Source: Azolla caroliniana
Taxonomy: Eukaryota; Plantae; Polypodiophyta
Direction: 5' to 3'
NCBI GenBank assembly: GCA_043228905.1
Contig: JBHGNT010000003.1
Span: 17,484,001-17,548,000, forward strand
DNA length: 64,000 bases
The first letter of the stretch is position 1, and each line of letters begins with the position of its first letter. The notes under the pieces are model-generated. The model had not been told where the DNA came from. It saw nothing but the letters and a program-made list of their open reading frames with translations, and did no database searches. This document shows, piece by piece, positions 40,115 to 52,471 of the stretch. The translations under genes and the position numbers were made by a program.

Positions 40115-40921
40115 ACTGTTGAACCGGAAGTGTATGCGGAAACGTATGAGGATCTATCTCAGTTCGTACTCAAAAAACAACACAGAAAGAGAAGCAAAGA
40201 TATACACAGTTTGAAGCTTTAATGGAAGCTCTATTACGTTCTCTGTCTCTCTCTCTCTTAGAGACTCGATATCTGATATATGATGGAGAGGGAGTTCTTA
40301 CAACGTTAGGTTATCGTTTATATACTAAGCCCTAACTATATGGACGAGTTTGTTAGTATTTCGGTCCCTCCGGATGGGATATGAGTAACCGGCAAGGAAG
40401 ACCCGGTGAGAACCGGATGACGAGTACCCGGCAAGGAAGACCCGGTGAGAACCGAATGATGCAGGCCCGGTGAGAACCCCTCACCGAATGAAGGGACATA
40501 TAGGTAAATATGTTTCAGAGAGCCCATTGGGGCTATATTTGTAAATAGTCCTAATGTCATATTAGTATAAATATGACCTAGGGCAAACACTTAGAGTGTG
40601 TTATCATTATTTTGTATAGAGTTATTGGTGTAACTGTTGTACAGTGCGTAGCAGTGCGAAAGAAAGAGAGACAGACAGATAGACAGACAAAGTGTGTCTC
40701 TGTTGTAACCGCCGCCAGGCGAAGATTGTGAGCACGAGGTCGTTGCCTTTGTGTTCCCCTATTGTATTCCCCTTAGCCATAGTGATAGTTTGGAAGCTTG
40801 TGGGCTCCCGTGGTTTTTCCTGTTTAGGGTTTTCCACGTAAACATAATGTGTACTCTCTTTCAATGTGTTTTTTTCTTGTGTATACGTGCATCTATCCCC
40901 ACACTCTCATTTCTGTGTTGG

Positions 40922-41853
40922 TAATTCTCAAATAAGTAATCGAAGACTCGGTTGTGGCCGAGCATTATTCCGCATATTCTCGTTAATCTAGTATCACACC
41001 GAAACGACACAGAAAATGGAAGATTCACTTGGCGGCATGTTCAAGCTCACCGGCTCCAACTACTCAGTGTGGAAGTCTAAGATGAGGGACATGCTGGTGG
41101 TTAAAGATCTTTGGTTGCCGGTTCAGTTCAGGAACAAGAGACCGGACAAGATCGCAATTCTCAACTAAGTAATCGAAGACTCGGTTGTGGCCGAGCATTA
41201 TTCCGCATATTCTCATTAATCTAGTATCACACCGAAACGACACAGAAAATGGAAGATTCACTTGGCGGCATGTTCAAGCTCACCGGCTCCAACTACTCAG
41301 TGTGGAAGTCTAAGATGAGGGACATGCTGGTGGTTAAAGATCTTTGGTTGCCGGTTCAGTTCAGGAACAAGAGACCGGACAAGATCGCAATTCTCAACTA
41401 AGTAATCGAAGACTCGGTTGTGGCCGAGCATTATTCCGCATATTCTCGTTAATCTAGTATCACACCGAAACGACACAGAAAATGGAAGATTCACTTGGCG
41501 GCATGTTCAATCTCACCGGCTCCAACTACTCAGTGTGGAAGTCTAAGATGAGGGACATGCTGGTGGTTAAAGATCTTTGGTTGCCGGTTCAGTTCAGGAA
41601 CAAGAGACCGGACAAGATCGCAATTCTCAACTAAGTAATCGAAGACTCGGTTGTGGCCGAGCATTATTCCGCATATTCTCGTTAATCTAGTATCACACCG
41701 AAACGACACAGAAAATGGAAGATTCACTTGGCGGCATGTTCAATCTCACCGGCTCCAACTACTCAGTGTGGAAGTCTAAGATGAGGGACATGCTGGTGGT
41801 TAAAGATCTTTGGTTGCCGGTTCAGTTCAGGAACAAGAGACCGGACAAGATCG
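40922..41853 (+). repeat. 233-bp x4 tandem array of U5-PBS-gag start
   Basis: Units start at 40922, 41155, 41388 and 41621. Each carries the degenerate PBS TAGTATCACACC and ATGGAAGATTCA. Confidence 0.95.
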
Positions 41854-44800
41854 AAGCCACAGTATGGGAGGTGATGCACATGAAGACAACGGCATACATC
41901 CGGTGTTTCATCGACATGAGCCTGTACAACAACTTCAATGAAGAGAGCAAGGCTCATGAGCCATGGGAGAAGATCGGCATTATGTTTCAGAACAAAAATA
42001 CTGTTAATCGGGTTTCGGTATTCCGGAAGCTAGTGCGGCTCCGATACCAAGATGGCTCCAGCATGGCGGAGCACATGAATGCCTTCCAAGGGCTGAAACA
42101 CCAAGCAACATCGTTGGAAGTACCTCTCGCCGATGAGGTACTAGCACTACTCTTGCTCGGTTCCCTCCCGGACAGCTGGGAGACGTTGGTTGTCACTTTG
42201 GGCAACGAAGGGCCGGAAGGAAAATAGTTGTCCCTACCAAGAGTCAAGTCGAGCTTGCTAGATGAGGAGGCGCGTCGGAAAGACAAGGATACAACCTCCG
42301 ACTCCAAAGCGCTCCTTACTAAATCGGAACGCGGAAGACAAAGGAACCAGAGTCCCTAGAACCGAGAAAAGTCGAGGACACGGTCAAAGTCAAGGGGAAG
42401 GCCCACTTGCTTCTACTGTGGGAAGCCAGGGCACTTCCAGAAGAACTGTCGGCACTTCCGAAAAGATAAAGAAACCGATAGTACCGATTCGAAGTGGTCA
42501 CCGGACCAGAACGATAAAGACTGGAGGGGACCGGACCAGAAGGGAATGACGGCAATCGCGGCAAGTGAAGAGGAGTTGATGCTCATCACCGAGGAGAGTG
42601 AGTTGAACCTTGCCGGCGACGAGAGAACGTGGGTTGTTGATTCCGGAGCGTCGTTCCACCTGACCCCGGACCGGAAATGCTTCTCATCCTACACATCCGG
42701 TGAGCATGGCTATGTCCGGATGGGGAATGAAGGTACATGCCAAATTGTCGGCATAGGAAACGTGTGGTTGACAACACCAACCGGATGCAAGCTGCTACTG
42801 AAGGATGTCTGACACGTTCCGGAGGTTCGACTGAACCTAATATCAGACGATCGGCTAGACGATGAAGGCTACATGGGTAGCATCCGGAACGGAGTCATAA
42901 AGTTCAGCAAAGGGAGCCTAATAGTGGCTCGGGCCTGGAAAGTCAACACGATGTACCTGATGAATGCACGGTTATGCCTGGAAGAAGTGAACGTGGCATC
43001 CGACATTGCCGGTGAGCTATGTCACAAGAGATTGTGTCACATGAGCGAGAAGGGGATGAAGAGGCTTGTCGATGACAACCTCATTCCGGTGAAAGACCTG
43101 CACCTTCAAAGGTGCACCGACTGCTTGGCCGGTAAGCAAAAACTGACCTCCTTCCGCTCAAGGCCACCGATGAGACGTAATGCACCACTAGAGTTGGTGC
43201 ATACCGATGTGTGTCAAGTGGACACGAAGTCACATGCTGGATCGCAGTTCTTCGTGACGTTCATAGATGACCACAGTCGAAAGTTGTGGGCCACACCGCC
43301 GAAGACGAAGGATCATGTATTATCCATCTTCAAGGAGCTCCACGCGAGAGTGGAAAGAGAAACCGGTCGGAAGCTGAAGGTGGTTCGAGCAGATAACAGA
43401 GGAGAATACCGGGGGCAGTTCGAAGGGTACTACTGCTCGAAGGGAATACAACTCAAATTTACCATGCCGAAGACGCCGGAACTCAATGGGCTGGCCAAGA
43501 GGATGAACCGAACTATAATGGAGAGGTTCCGGAGTATGCTAGCACATTCAAAGTTACCCAAGACGTTTTGGGTTGAGGCGTTGTCGACAGCGACATATGT
43601 GATAAACAGGTCACCCTCAGTACCCTTGGATGGAGACACGCTGCAGAGAGTGTGGACCAGTAAGGAAGTGTCTTACCGGCATCTAAAGGTGTTCAAGTGT
43701 CTCTCTTACGTGCATGTGGCAAAGGACCGAAGAGCAAAGTTGGAACCGAAGTCCCGGCCTTGCATATTGCACGGATACGGCGATGATGAGTTTGGCTACC
43801 GAGTGTGGGATCCGGTCGACAAGAAGGTTTTCCGGAGTCGAGATATTATTTCATGGAGGACAAGACCCTTGCCGACTAGGATTCGGAGAAGATGATAATG
43901 AACTCTGAGTCGACCGGTAAGGATCGGTTCGATGAGATTCGGACCTACCCAGCTAAGAACCGGTTGACACTCGAAGAACCGATCGGTTACGGTGAGGATA
44001 CCGAACCGGCAGAAGAAGAGGAAGAGGAAGGTTAAACCGGAACCGGCCAAGACCCTGAATCTGATTCGAATGAAGAGCAAACAGAGGAGCCGGTTGCCAA
44101 AAGCCAAAGACGGAGATATCCTCTCAGAGAGAGAAGGGCCCCCCGGAGATTTCCGGATGCAGAGCGTGTGTTGTTGACCGATGAGGGGGAGACGGAAAGC
44201 TTCGAAGAAGCAAAGGAGGACACCCACAGTCGCAAGTGGTTAAGTGCCATGTAGGACAACATGGATTCCCTGCATGAGAACCACACGTATGAACTAGTGG
44301 ATATGCCGAAAGGAAAGAGGGCACTCCGAAACAAGTGGGTGTACAAGCTGAAACCAGGAGATGCCAGCAACCCCCCGAGATACAAAGCCAGGCTCGTGGT
44401 GAAGGGGTTCCAACAGAAGAAGGGAGTGGACTTCGACAAGATATTTGCCCCAGTAGTAAAGATGACCTCCATCAGAACAGTGCTAAGAATAGCGGCAAGC
44501 ATGGACCTCGAGGTAGAGCAGTTAGATGTGAATATGACATTCCTCCATGTTGACCTTGAAGAGGAGATCTACATGCAGCAACCGGAGGGATTTGTGAAGA
44601 AAGGGAAGGAGCACCTGGTTTGCCGGTTGAAGAAGAGCCTCTACGGTTTGAAACAGGCTCCCCCCGGCAATGCTACCGGAAGTTCGACTCCTTCATGACC
44701 GATCAAGGATGCCACAAGACGCAAACCGATCACTGCGTATTTGTGAAGTAGTTCGAAGGTGGAGACTTCCTGATACTCCTCCTGTACGTGGACGACATGT

Positions 44801-45415
44801 TGATCGTCGGACAAGACCAAGTCAAGATACAGATGCTGAAGAAGGCTCTGAACCAGACCTTCTCAATGAAAGACTTGGGTCCGGCAACATAGATACTGGG
44901 GATGCATATCATCTAAGACCGGTCAAAGAAGCAATTGTGGCTGTCACAGGAGAAGTACGTGACAAAGGTGCTTTAGCGGTTCAACATGTCAGATGCGAAA
45001 CCGGTCGGATCGACACTCCCGGCAAACTGCAGGTTATCCGGTAAGCAAAGCCCGAAGGCGAAGGCAGAGAAGGTGGATATGATGAAGATACCATATGCCT
45101 CTGCCGTCAGGAGCTTAATGTATGCAATGGTGTGTACTCGACTCGATATCGGATATGCAATCAGAGTGGTGAGCCAGTTCATGAGCAATCCCGACAAGGA
45201 GCACTAGAATGCGGTAAAGTGGATACTCCGGTACTTGAAAGGCACCTCAAGTATGTGTCTCCAATTCGGCTCCGGTAAACCCCAACTTGACGATTTCACC
45301 GATTTGGATATGTCGGCTTACGCGGATACCAGTCGGTCCACATCCGGATATGTCATGACATACGCGGGGGGAGCTGTTTCGTGGCAGTCGAGGCTTCAGA
45401 AGATGGTTGCATTGT

Positions 45416-45845
45416 TGTTACCGGCCGGCAAAGGAGTCCAGAGTGGGAAACGGAGAGCTAATTAAGTAGTAGGAATGTGGTTGTAATTAAGCTATGAGTG
45501 TGGACGGACGGACCGGAATCGGTATGCCGTTCCGGATCCGGACCGATCCCGAACAGGTGTGGATGGCACCGTTTTGTAATACAAACCGGAAACCTATTTA
45601 AAGGCCCGGATACAATGTAATAGTTAGCGGTTAATTAATGAAAGCTTAAGTGTTGTTATATCTCTGTCAATTGCCGTTCTGTCTTAATTGTATATCTTAC
45701 GCGTGTTATGAAGACAATCCTAATAAGTAACTTAACTAAGTCGGATTAAGCGTTGAAGTCTAATCCGGTTGCCGTAACACCCTTTGGTGAAGTGTCTCAC
45801 GTAGACACCCTGTGTTAGGCCATTGTCCGGCCCGAAGAGTTAACA
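45416..45845 (+). repeat. 430-bp solo LTR of a further family, in the B3 RNase H
   Basis: TGTTA...TAACA ends, TSD ATTGT, TATTTAAA near 45595. B3 frame resumes afterwards. Confidence 0.88.
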
Positions 45846-47644
45846 ATTGTCAACCATGGAGGTGGAGTACATGGTGGTTGTGGACGCCGACAAGGAAATA
45901 CTATGGATGAAGGACTTCATCGAAGAGCTAGGGATCCAGCAAGAGGAATACTGGCTCTATTGCGACAGTCAAAGTGTCATCCACCTTGCAAAGAACATTG
46001 CCTACCATTCAAGGATGAAGCACATCCAACGGAGGTACCACTGGATTTGGGAGCGAGTAGAAGACCGAGAGTTCCTGCTGATGAAGATTCACACAGAGGA
46101 GAACGGGTCGGATATGCTGACCAAGGTGCTGACGCCCGACAAGCTGGACGCATGCCGGAAGCGAATTGGACTAACCAGACATCCCATGCCGGAGTGAAAG
46201 GGGAGTTTGTTAGGATTTCAGTCCCTCCGGATGGGATATGAGTAATCGGCAAGGAAGACCCGATGAGAACCGGATGACGAGTACCCGGCAAGGAAGACCC
46301 GCTGAGAACCGGATGATGCAGGCCCGGTGAGAACCCCTCACCGAATGAAGGGACATATAGGTAAATATGTTTTGGAGAGCCCATTGGGGCTATATTTGTA
46401 AATAGTCCTAATGTCATATTAGTATAAATATGACCTAGGGCAAACACTTAGAGTGTGTTGTCATTATTTTGTATAGAGTTATTGGTGTAACTGTTGTACA
46501 GTGCGTAGCAGTGCGAAAGAAAGAGAGACAAACAGATAGATAGACAAAGTACATGTATTTGTGGTTATCTCCCCTGTAAACCTAGATTACAAAATTAATC
46601 TAAATTTATACTATGAGTCGGTCGGGATATGGCTGAATCGGTAGAGGTGTAGAATGTGTTGTCATGGTTGATCCAATTAGCTCTCAGCTTCTGCTTTTCG
46701 TTCGGCTTTTCTCCTGCTTGGTCGCTTCTCGTAGTCCCATCTACGTCCTTAGTGCTCCAAAGTGTTGATCTGGGAGTGGTTTCGTTAGGCAATCGGCGGC
46801 GTTCACCTCGGTGTCGATCTTTCGAACTTTGAGCTTCTCCTTTGTTATGAGCTCCCGAATGTGATGATACTGCACCTCAATGTGCTTTGTCTTTGCATGA
46901 TAGACAAGATTGTTGATGAGGTGTATTGCGCTCTGTGAGTCGCAATAGATGGTTGGCGCAGGTCGGTTGGTTTGGCTTATAGCCGAGAAGTCGGCAGACA
47001 GTCGATGCAACGAGATCGCTTCCTTCGCTGCCTCCAATGCTGCTATGTTTTTAAATCCTCGGGATTGAGACAACCCATTGGGCCAAGTGTGAACAAGGTT
47101 GGGGGCCTTGGGTATCGCTATAAATAGAGGCCTAGCTACCCTCATTTCATCATCATGTTGACTACGTCAAGACTCTGTCTTGTGCTGGGTCAACTCTTGT
47201 AGCGAGCGCGCCAGCACCAGGTACGACTTGACGCCATGGCGGTGGTATGGGACGCCGATCGAGGCTCGAGTCCGTCTCGATCCCTTCGCTCGGGGGTGGT
47301 CGGGTGGATCAGCACCCTTCTTTCTCTCTCTCCTTTGTTTCTATCTAGCTAGATCTATCCTTATCTAATGCTTACTTTAGTACATGTGTCTAATATTTGG
47401 TATCCGAGCCTATGTACTAATGTTTCTTTTGTTGGTCTTATCTTCTTGATGGATGGCGATCGATCGTTGTGCGGTTGGCCTTCATGCAGACAAGGATCAA
47501 CAAGGAACATCGGTAATCTTTCTTGTTATTTTTTGTCTATTTTTTCTTCTCCCATCTAATCATGTGTATGGTTAATATGTAGATTATTTTCATTAATTAA
47601 ATGATGTTGTAGTGGTATTTAATTGGTTATCTAAAACGCTTACA

Positions 47645-47920
47645 TATGTGCACGAGGTCAATACCTCGTTTGACATATAAATAATATGTGATGAGTGTCG
47701 TATGCATACGAGGTTAATACCTCAATTACGTATTACATTCACGAACATATGTTACGTTTGTGTATGAGGTCAACACCTCGATTTTGTTGTAAATGATATG
47801 TGTTTCGTCTCGTATGTGTAAGAGGTCAATACCTCAATTGCGTATTACGTTGAACCCTTATTTTTGGATGCCTTGTGTGCATAGAGGTATATGCCTCGAT
47901 TACGTATCTCGATTACGTCT
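47645..47920 (+). repeat. Degenerate 56-bp tandem repeat with palindromic core GAGGT-N4-ACCTC in the long 5' leader
   Basis: Cores at 47654, 47710, 47766, 47822 and 47884. Confidence 0.75.
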
Positions 47921-50497
47921 TTTTTGGTTATTAAATATAACGATTTCTTTAATATAGGCATATGTGGTCACATGTATACGTAGTTGATTGTATATATGTG
48001 ATAATATACATATGTGTATATAAGTTATTACGTGATTTTAAATCGAATGTTTTCCTTTTCGGGGAAAGGTTCTTGGTGGCCGTCCTCACATTTTTGTGAG
48101 AATCGTGTTGTCACCATCCCTTTTTTTCAACAATTTTTTATTGTAGAAATCCTCGTTGGTGACTTCGATATTTCGTTACGTAAAGAAACGCCAATAGCCA
48201 TAATGATGTTGAGTACGTAGTGTTTGACCCACTTCATGTGAGGTCGCTCTTATGACACACGTATCCAACATCCCTCCCTCATTACATGGATACGATGCCA
48301 CCATGAGATCATTCTTACGAGAGGCATTCATAATGACGTGACCATGTGATGGGCCACGTGGGCCTACTACGAAAAGAGGCCTCATTTGGCTTGACCATTA
48401 GGTTGCACTTTGGGGTATGCCATCGTAATTACGAGACTTGAGGTTAGGTAACGTACCAACATAGTTGTAGTAAATGAGGGCGAAATAAGGACTCTTGACA
48501 TATATGTTTCTTTTAAAAAAACATATATGGGCAAATGCCTCGCATATCTCTTATACGCATGAAACATTAAAATTTCAAGAAGAGCAACTTACTTGGTTGG
48601 CTCAAATGTTTAATGCATTTGTTCTCGAGGTCTCGAGTTCAAATATGACCAAGACCATACAACATTGTTGATACATATGATTATAACACATGTTTAGACT
48701 TGAGGTCTAAGTGCAGTTCGGGGTCCTCATAATAGGACTTAAAGAGCCGAAACCACATATGTGGGCACCGAAACATAGTTTATTGTTAACATTCTTTTCG
48801 TGTATAAACTATTCATGACGCGAACATACATGGTTGAGCCTCGAGGAGCCACCATTAAAAAAATTGATATAGAGATAAGGGAAAGACATTTATTTGTCAC
48901 CCCCATGGTTTTTAAAACACCTTTGTGTTACCATAGTAACCTGATCTTGAACCTCATCTCATACGTCTAGAGGGGTATTGACGTGAGATAATGATATCGA
49001 TTAATGCTCGCCCATGATAGGTTTACATCACAACATGATGTTATGACTATCTCTCTGACCTTATCCTATTTCTTTGCTAGAAATAATCATTTAATGGCTC
49101 AAAATAACGACCTAATGTCATCCGCTCAAGCGGAAGGAACTCAAGGGAATCCTCCTGGACAAATGTCCATTGAGATGTATTTTTCGCAAATAACCCAATA
49201 CCTTAGTTTCACCACTCAACAGATGACCGAACTTCGGCAATCTCAAAGTGCTCTTGAAGCACGTGTCATTAGTCTACAACGTGAGACTAATAGACCTGAA
49301 GAGCGATAGGGTGAACCATCGTTTTTCGTTAACCCATTTATGGGAGACAAAAAGGAAAGAACCGAAGAAGCAATTTGCACGTGGCTGGGCCGATGGGAGT
49401 CTCATTTGGAGCTCTATCCCACGCTAGATAGTACGAAGATTGCATATGTCGGCCGAGAAAAAGGGGGTAAGGCCGCTGCCTGGTGGCGTGGGCTCCGTAC
49501 TTTGGGGAAATTGCCCGATACCTGGACAGATTTTGTCACAGTTTTCAAGGGCCAATTTCTGCAACCTCCCTCTCGAACCGAGGCAGCACAAGCTTTAATG
49601 AACCTCTCTAGCAGGAAGTTTTCCTCGCTAGAAGATTATGTCCACCATGCTAGAACCCAAATCCAAAAATCGGGTCTAGAAGGGGACAATTGGTTAATAG
49701 CTTGTTTTGTCAATGGCATCCCCAATTCGCACTATCATTGGATAGTGCACGATAAGGATCCAAAATCCTTCGAAGAGGCCATTGAAATAGTTCTTCGCTA
49801 TCAACGCACTTCGAAGAAGGAGCACAACAAACCCAACGAAGCGCCCGGGACTAAGCAGTTGCAATTCGGTGGGAAACACGAGACACCCAGCGAATTCATG
49901 GATCGCGATGTCGTGCCTTTCGGCTCCGGATCGTTGCGTGAGTCGGGTGGGAACCACTGGGGTTTTGGACTAGGAAGAGGAGAGTTTTAAGGCTAATAAG
50001 AATATAAATATGTTGTAAGAAAGAGTTATAGCAAACTCGTGAATCCCACGAGTGTATTGTATTAGATTAATCAATATGAATATAAGAATATAAACTTCGG
50101 TTGAAAGAGAATGATATAGAATTCTCGTGAATCCCACGAGTATAGTTTATTAATTGGTGTTTTTTAGAAACATATCCAGTTTCCAAATATTTTTCACACA
50201 CCTATTACATTGTGCTCCCCATCCTTATGTAGTGATGGGAGAGACTAAGCATAGCTACATGCTTTTTTTTTAATATGTTCATGCACACTAAATGTGCATG
50301 TGATGCTTTTCTAATCCTTGCTTTTATTTGCTAAATATAGTGCTCATGCACGCTAGATGTGCATGAGTCACTTTTTAGTTGCTTGCGTTTTTCTATAAAA
50401 TATTCACGCACTCTAAAAATACATGATTTACCTTTTAATAAAGGTAGGCGCAAATAAAGCACTTATAGTTATTAAATCTATTTATAGAACACTAAAG

Positions 50498-50565
50498 ATA
50501 AGGTAGTGTAATGGTAAAGTTGGGGTTTGGCTACGTGGAGGTACAAGGTTCAAATCTTGCCTTAT
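50498..50565 (+). promoter_or_regulatory. tRNA-like cassette in the LTR of the gag-only element (second copy at 53066-53133)
   Basis: ATAAGG/CCTTAT stem, A box TAGTGTAATGG at 50504-50514, B box GGTTCAAATCT at 50547-50557. Confidence 0.65.
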
Positions 50566-50622
50566 GCACGTGATAAATATCTTGATATTCTTATTTTATT
50601 TATTTATATGTAATTAAATCGG

Positions 50623-52437
50623 TTATATTATTTTTACTTTTTCACGTAGTGTACGAAATACACTACGACACTCGCCCCCTCTGAACCCGCACATCCTCCG
50701 GTATGTGCCGAAGTTGCCGATGCTCGTTGTCTCCCCTTCATCCTCCGTTTGTCCCGCTATGTCAACTTTGTCTCTCCATTTTGAGTAGACCCATTCTTTC
50801 CACCCGAACCATTGTCGCCATCGGATCCACCATATTCTTTGTTCATTCTTTGCATTGCCATGAGTGGTTGTCATGGTCCCTTGTGGTACTCTTGAGCATC
50901 TCGGTGTGTTGTCTCTCTCCACTCCGCGCTTGTCTTCCGTAGGTTCTACCCACGCATCGATGTCGACCTCCGAATACGCGCTCGCTGTTAGGTCCTTGTG
51001 CGGCTTTAATGCATGCTTCTTTTCTCGCCGTAGCGCGTGCTTCTTTATTCGCCATAACACGCGTTTCTTTATTCGCCGTAGAGCGTGCTCTGTATTACGC
51101 GCTTCTCCCGTCGTAGACCCAACCTCCGCATTGTCGCACTTTCTTTTAGATTGGAATTTCGGATGGATCATTTTCCATCCGAACCGACTTCCGACTTTAC
51201 CTTCCTCGCCGCCATCTCCCGTCTCTCCGGTCTCACGTTGGTTCTCGGACACAACCGCCGAAGTCTCTAGATATTGTTGGCATGAATCCTCAGTATTACC
51301 TTCTTTCGTAGTTTCACCCTTAGCATTCTTCTCGGCTATCTCTTCATCGTATTCGTCGGCTTCGACATTCGTTTTCTCTCCGCCACCTTCCGTCTCTTCG
51401 GTCTCACGTTGCCTTTCGATCGCAACCGCCGGAGTCTCTGGAATCAGTGGTGGGGAAGTCTCGATATGGCAATCCGCCATTGATTCGTCCATAGCCACCT
51501 CCGATTCGATTTCGTCTTTTGTGGCTACCTCCTTAATCACATCCGCTTCACACTCTTTATCTGCATCAATTATGCAAACATCTATTATGCTTACCCCTTT
51601 TTGACCCGATGTCTCGGGCACTTGTATCCCGAAATTTCCTTCTACACTTGAATTATCGGCCTTATCCTTCGCCATCGTTCTTTCACAAGACGAGTGGGTG
51701 TCTTGTTCCACTCTTTCTCCCGTGGTACCATCATGTTGTATTTCGGCCTTCATATTGGCTTCATCGTTTTTCCTCAATCGACCATCCTTCATGGGCCATG
51801 TCGTTGTTGACGAGATTCTCAGCTTCCTTTCATCATGTCTTCGGCATACCCTTTCGACTTTAGCCCAATCCTCGGTAAGGCCGTTCGCACCGTCATCATC
51901 TTCGAGTTCGATCCCAATGTCCATCCTTTCTTTCCGATCAATCGATCTTACGAACATTAAGACTTTATCTCCTCCCACCAATCTTCGTTCCCGCTCCGAG
52001 AGTCGAGCAAAACGATGCTCGAACTCTAGGAACGCTTGCGTTGCACTTCGGTGAGTCTTCTCCGACGCCACCCATTCGTCGAATTCTCGTCGATCTCGTC
52101 CCGTCCATCTCTCATAGTCATATGCCTCCCGTAAAGCTTCTTCAAAGGACTCCCATGTCGAGTTTTGTTGTTGTATCTTGTGGATTCTCTCTTGTAGTTC
52201 GTCCGAGGCCACCCGACTAAAGGATATCACTTGCAATCCTTCCGGTATCCGATATTGCATCATCTCCGCCTTATATTCACGTAGGTAGCGTGACACACCC
52301 TTACCGTTGAATTCCCCGTTTCGTCGCAGAAGCCGCTCTACTGCCCCCGTGATCTCCGACATCACTCGTTGTTCTTGTAGCATCCGCTCGAACATCATCA
52401 TCATCGTTATGCTCATTGCCTCTTGTTGATTCTCCAT
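50623..52437 (-). CDS. Gag-like capsid N-terminus plus long acidic/charged tail (604 aa from MENQQ)
   Basis: Uninterrupted ORF. FNGKGVSRYLREY..TWESFEEAL resembles a gypsy capsid. No knuckle or protease. Stop lies inside the 3' LTR. Confidence 0.8.
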   Translation of the reverse strand: MENQQEAMSITMMMMFERMLQEQRVMSEITGAVERLLRRNGEFNGKGVSRYLREYKAEMMQYRIPEGLQVISFSRVASDELQERIHKIQQQNSTWESFEEALREAYDYERWTGRDRREFDEWVASEKTHRSATQAFLEFEHRFARLSERERRLVGGDKVLMFVRSIDRKERMDIGIELEDDDGANGLTEDWAKVERVCRRHDERKLRISSTTTWPMKDGRLRKNDEANMKAEIQHDGTTGERVEQDTHSSCERTMAKDKADNSSVEGNFGIQVPETSGQKGVSIIDVCIIDADKECEADVIKEVATKDEIESEVAMDESMADCHIETSPPLIPETPAVAIERQRETEETEGGGEKTNVEADEYDEEIAEKNAKGETTKEGNTEDSCQQYLETSAVVSENQRETGETGDGGEEGKVGSRFGWKMIHPKFQSKRKCDNAEVGSTTGEARNTEHALRRIKKRVLWRIKKHALRREKKHALKPHKDLTASAYSEVDIDAWVEPTEDKRGVERDNTPRCSRVPQGTMTTTHGNAKNEQRIWWIRWRQWFGWKEWVYSKWRDKVDIAGQTEDEGETTSIGNFGTYRRMCGFRGGECRSVFRTLREKVKII

Positions 52438-52453
52438 CTCCTTGCCACCCGCC

Positions 52454-52471
52454 TTCACGTCGGGTTCACCA
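52454..52471 (-). promoter_or_regulatory. PBS complementary to tRNA-Trp
   Basis: TGGTGAACCCGACGTGAA is the reverse complement of the plant tRNA-Trp 3' end TTCACGTCGGGTTCACCA as I recall it. It lies 4 nt from the LTR. Confidence 0.85.

Larger units (their letters stand above)
40351..46550 (+). mobile_element. Ty1/copia B3 with truncated 3' LTR
   Basis: 5' LTR at 40351-40985. 3' LTR from 46208, broken near 46550. PPT just before 46208. Gag from 41715, pol at 42546-46197 with complete but mutated RT. Confidence 0.93.

Noticed and set aside
41064-41727. Three near-identical 65-aa minus-strand ORFs as a peptide gene cluster
   Set aside because: Antisense translation of the 233-bp tandem units.
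47645-47920. CRISPR-like array (palindromic repeats with regular spacing)
   Set aside because: Spacers are mutually homologous, repeats are short and degenerate, there are no cas genes, and it sits in a plant retrotransposon leader.
50498-50565. Functional tRNA genes (also 13944-14008 and 34958-35030)
   Set aside because: No proper anticodon arm and imperfect stems. Treated as tRNA-derived cassettes.
50864-51604. 246-aa Ser-rich plus-strand ORF
   Set aside because: Antisense shadow of the Glu-rich gag tail.
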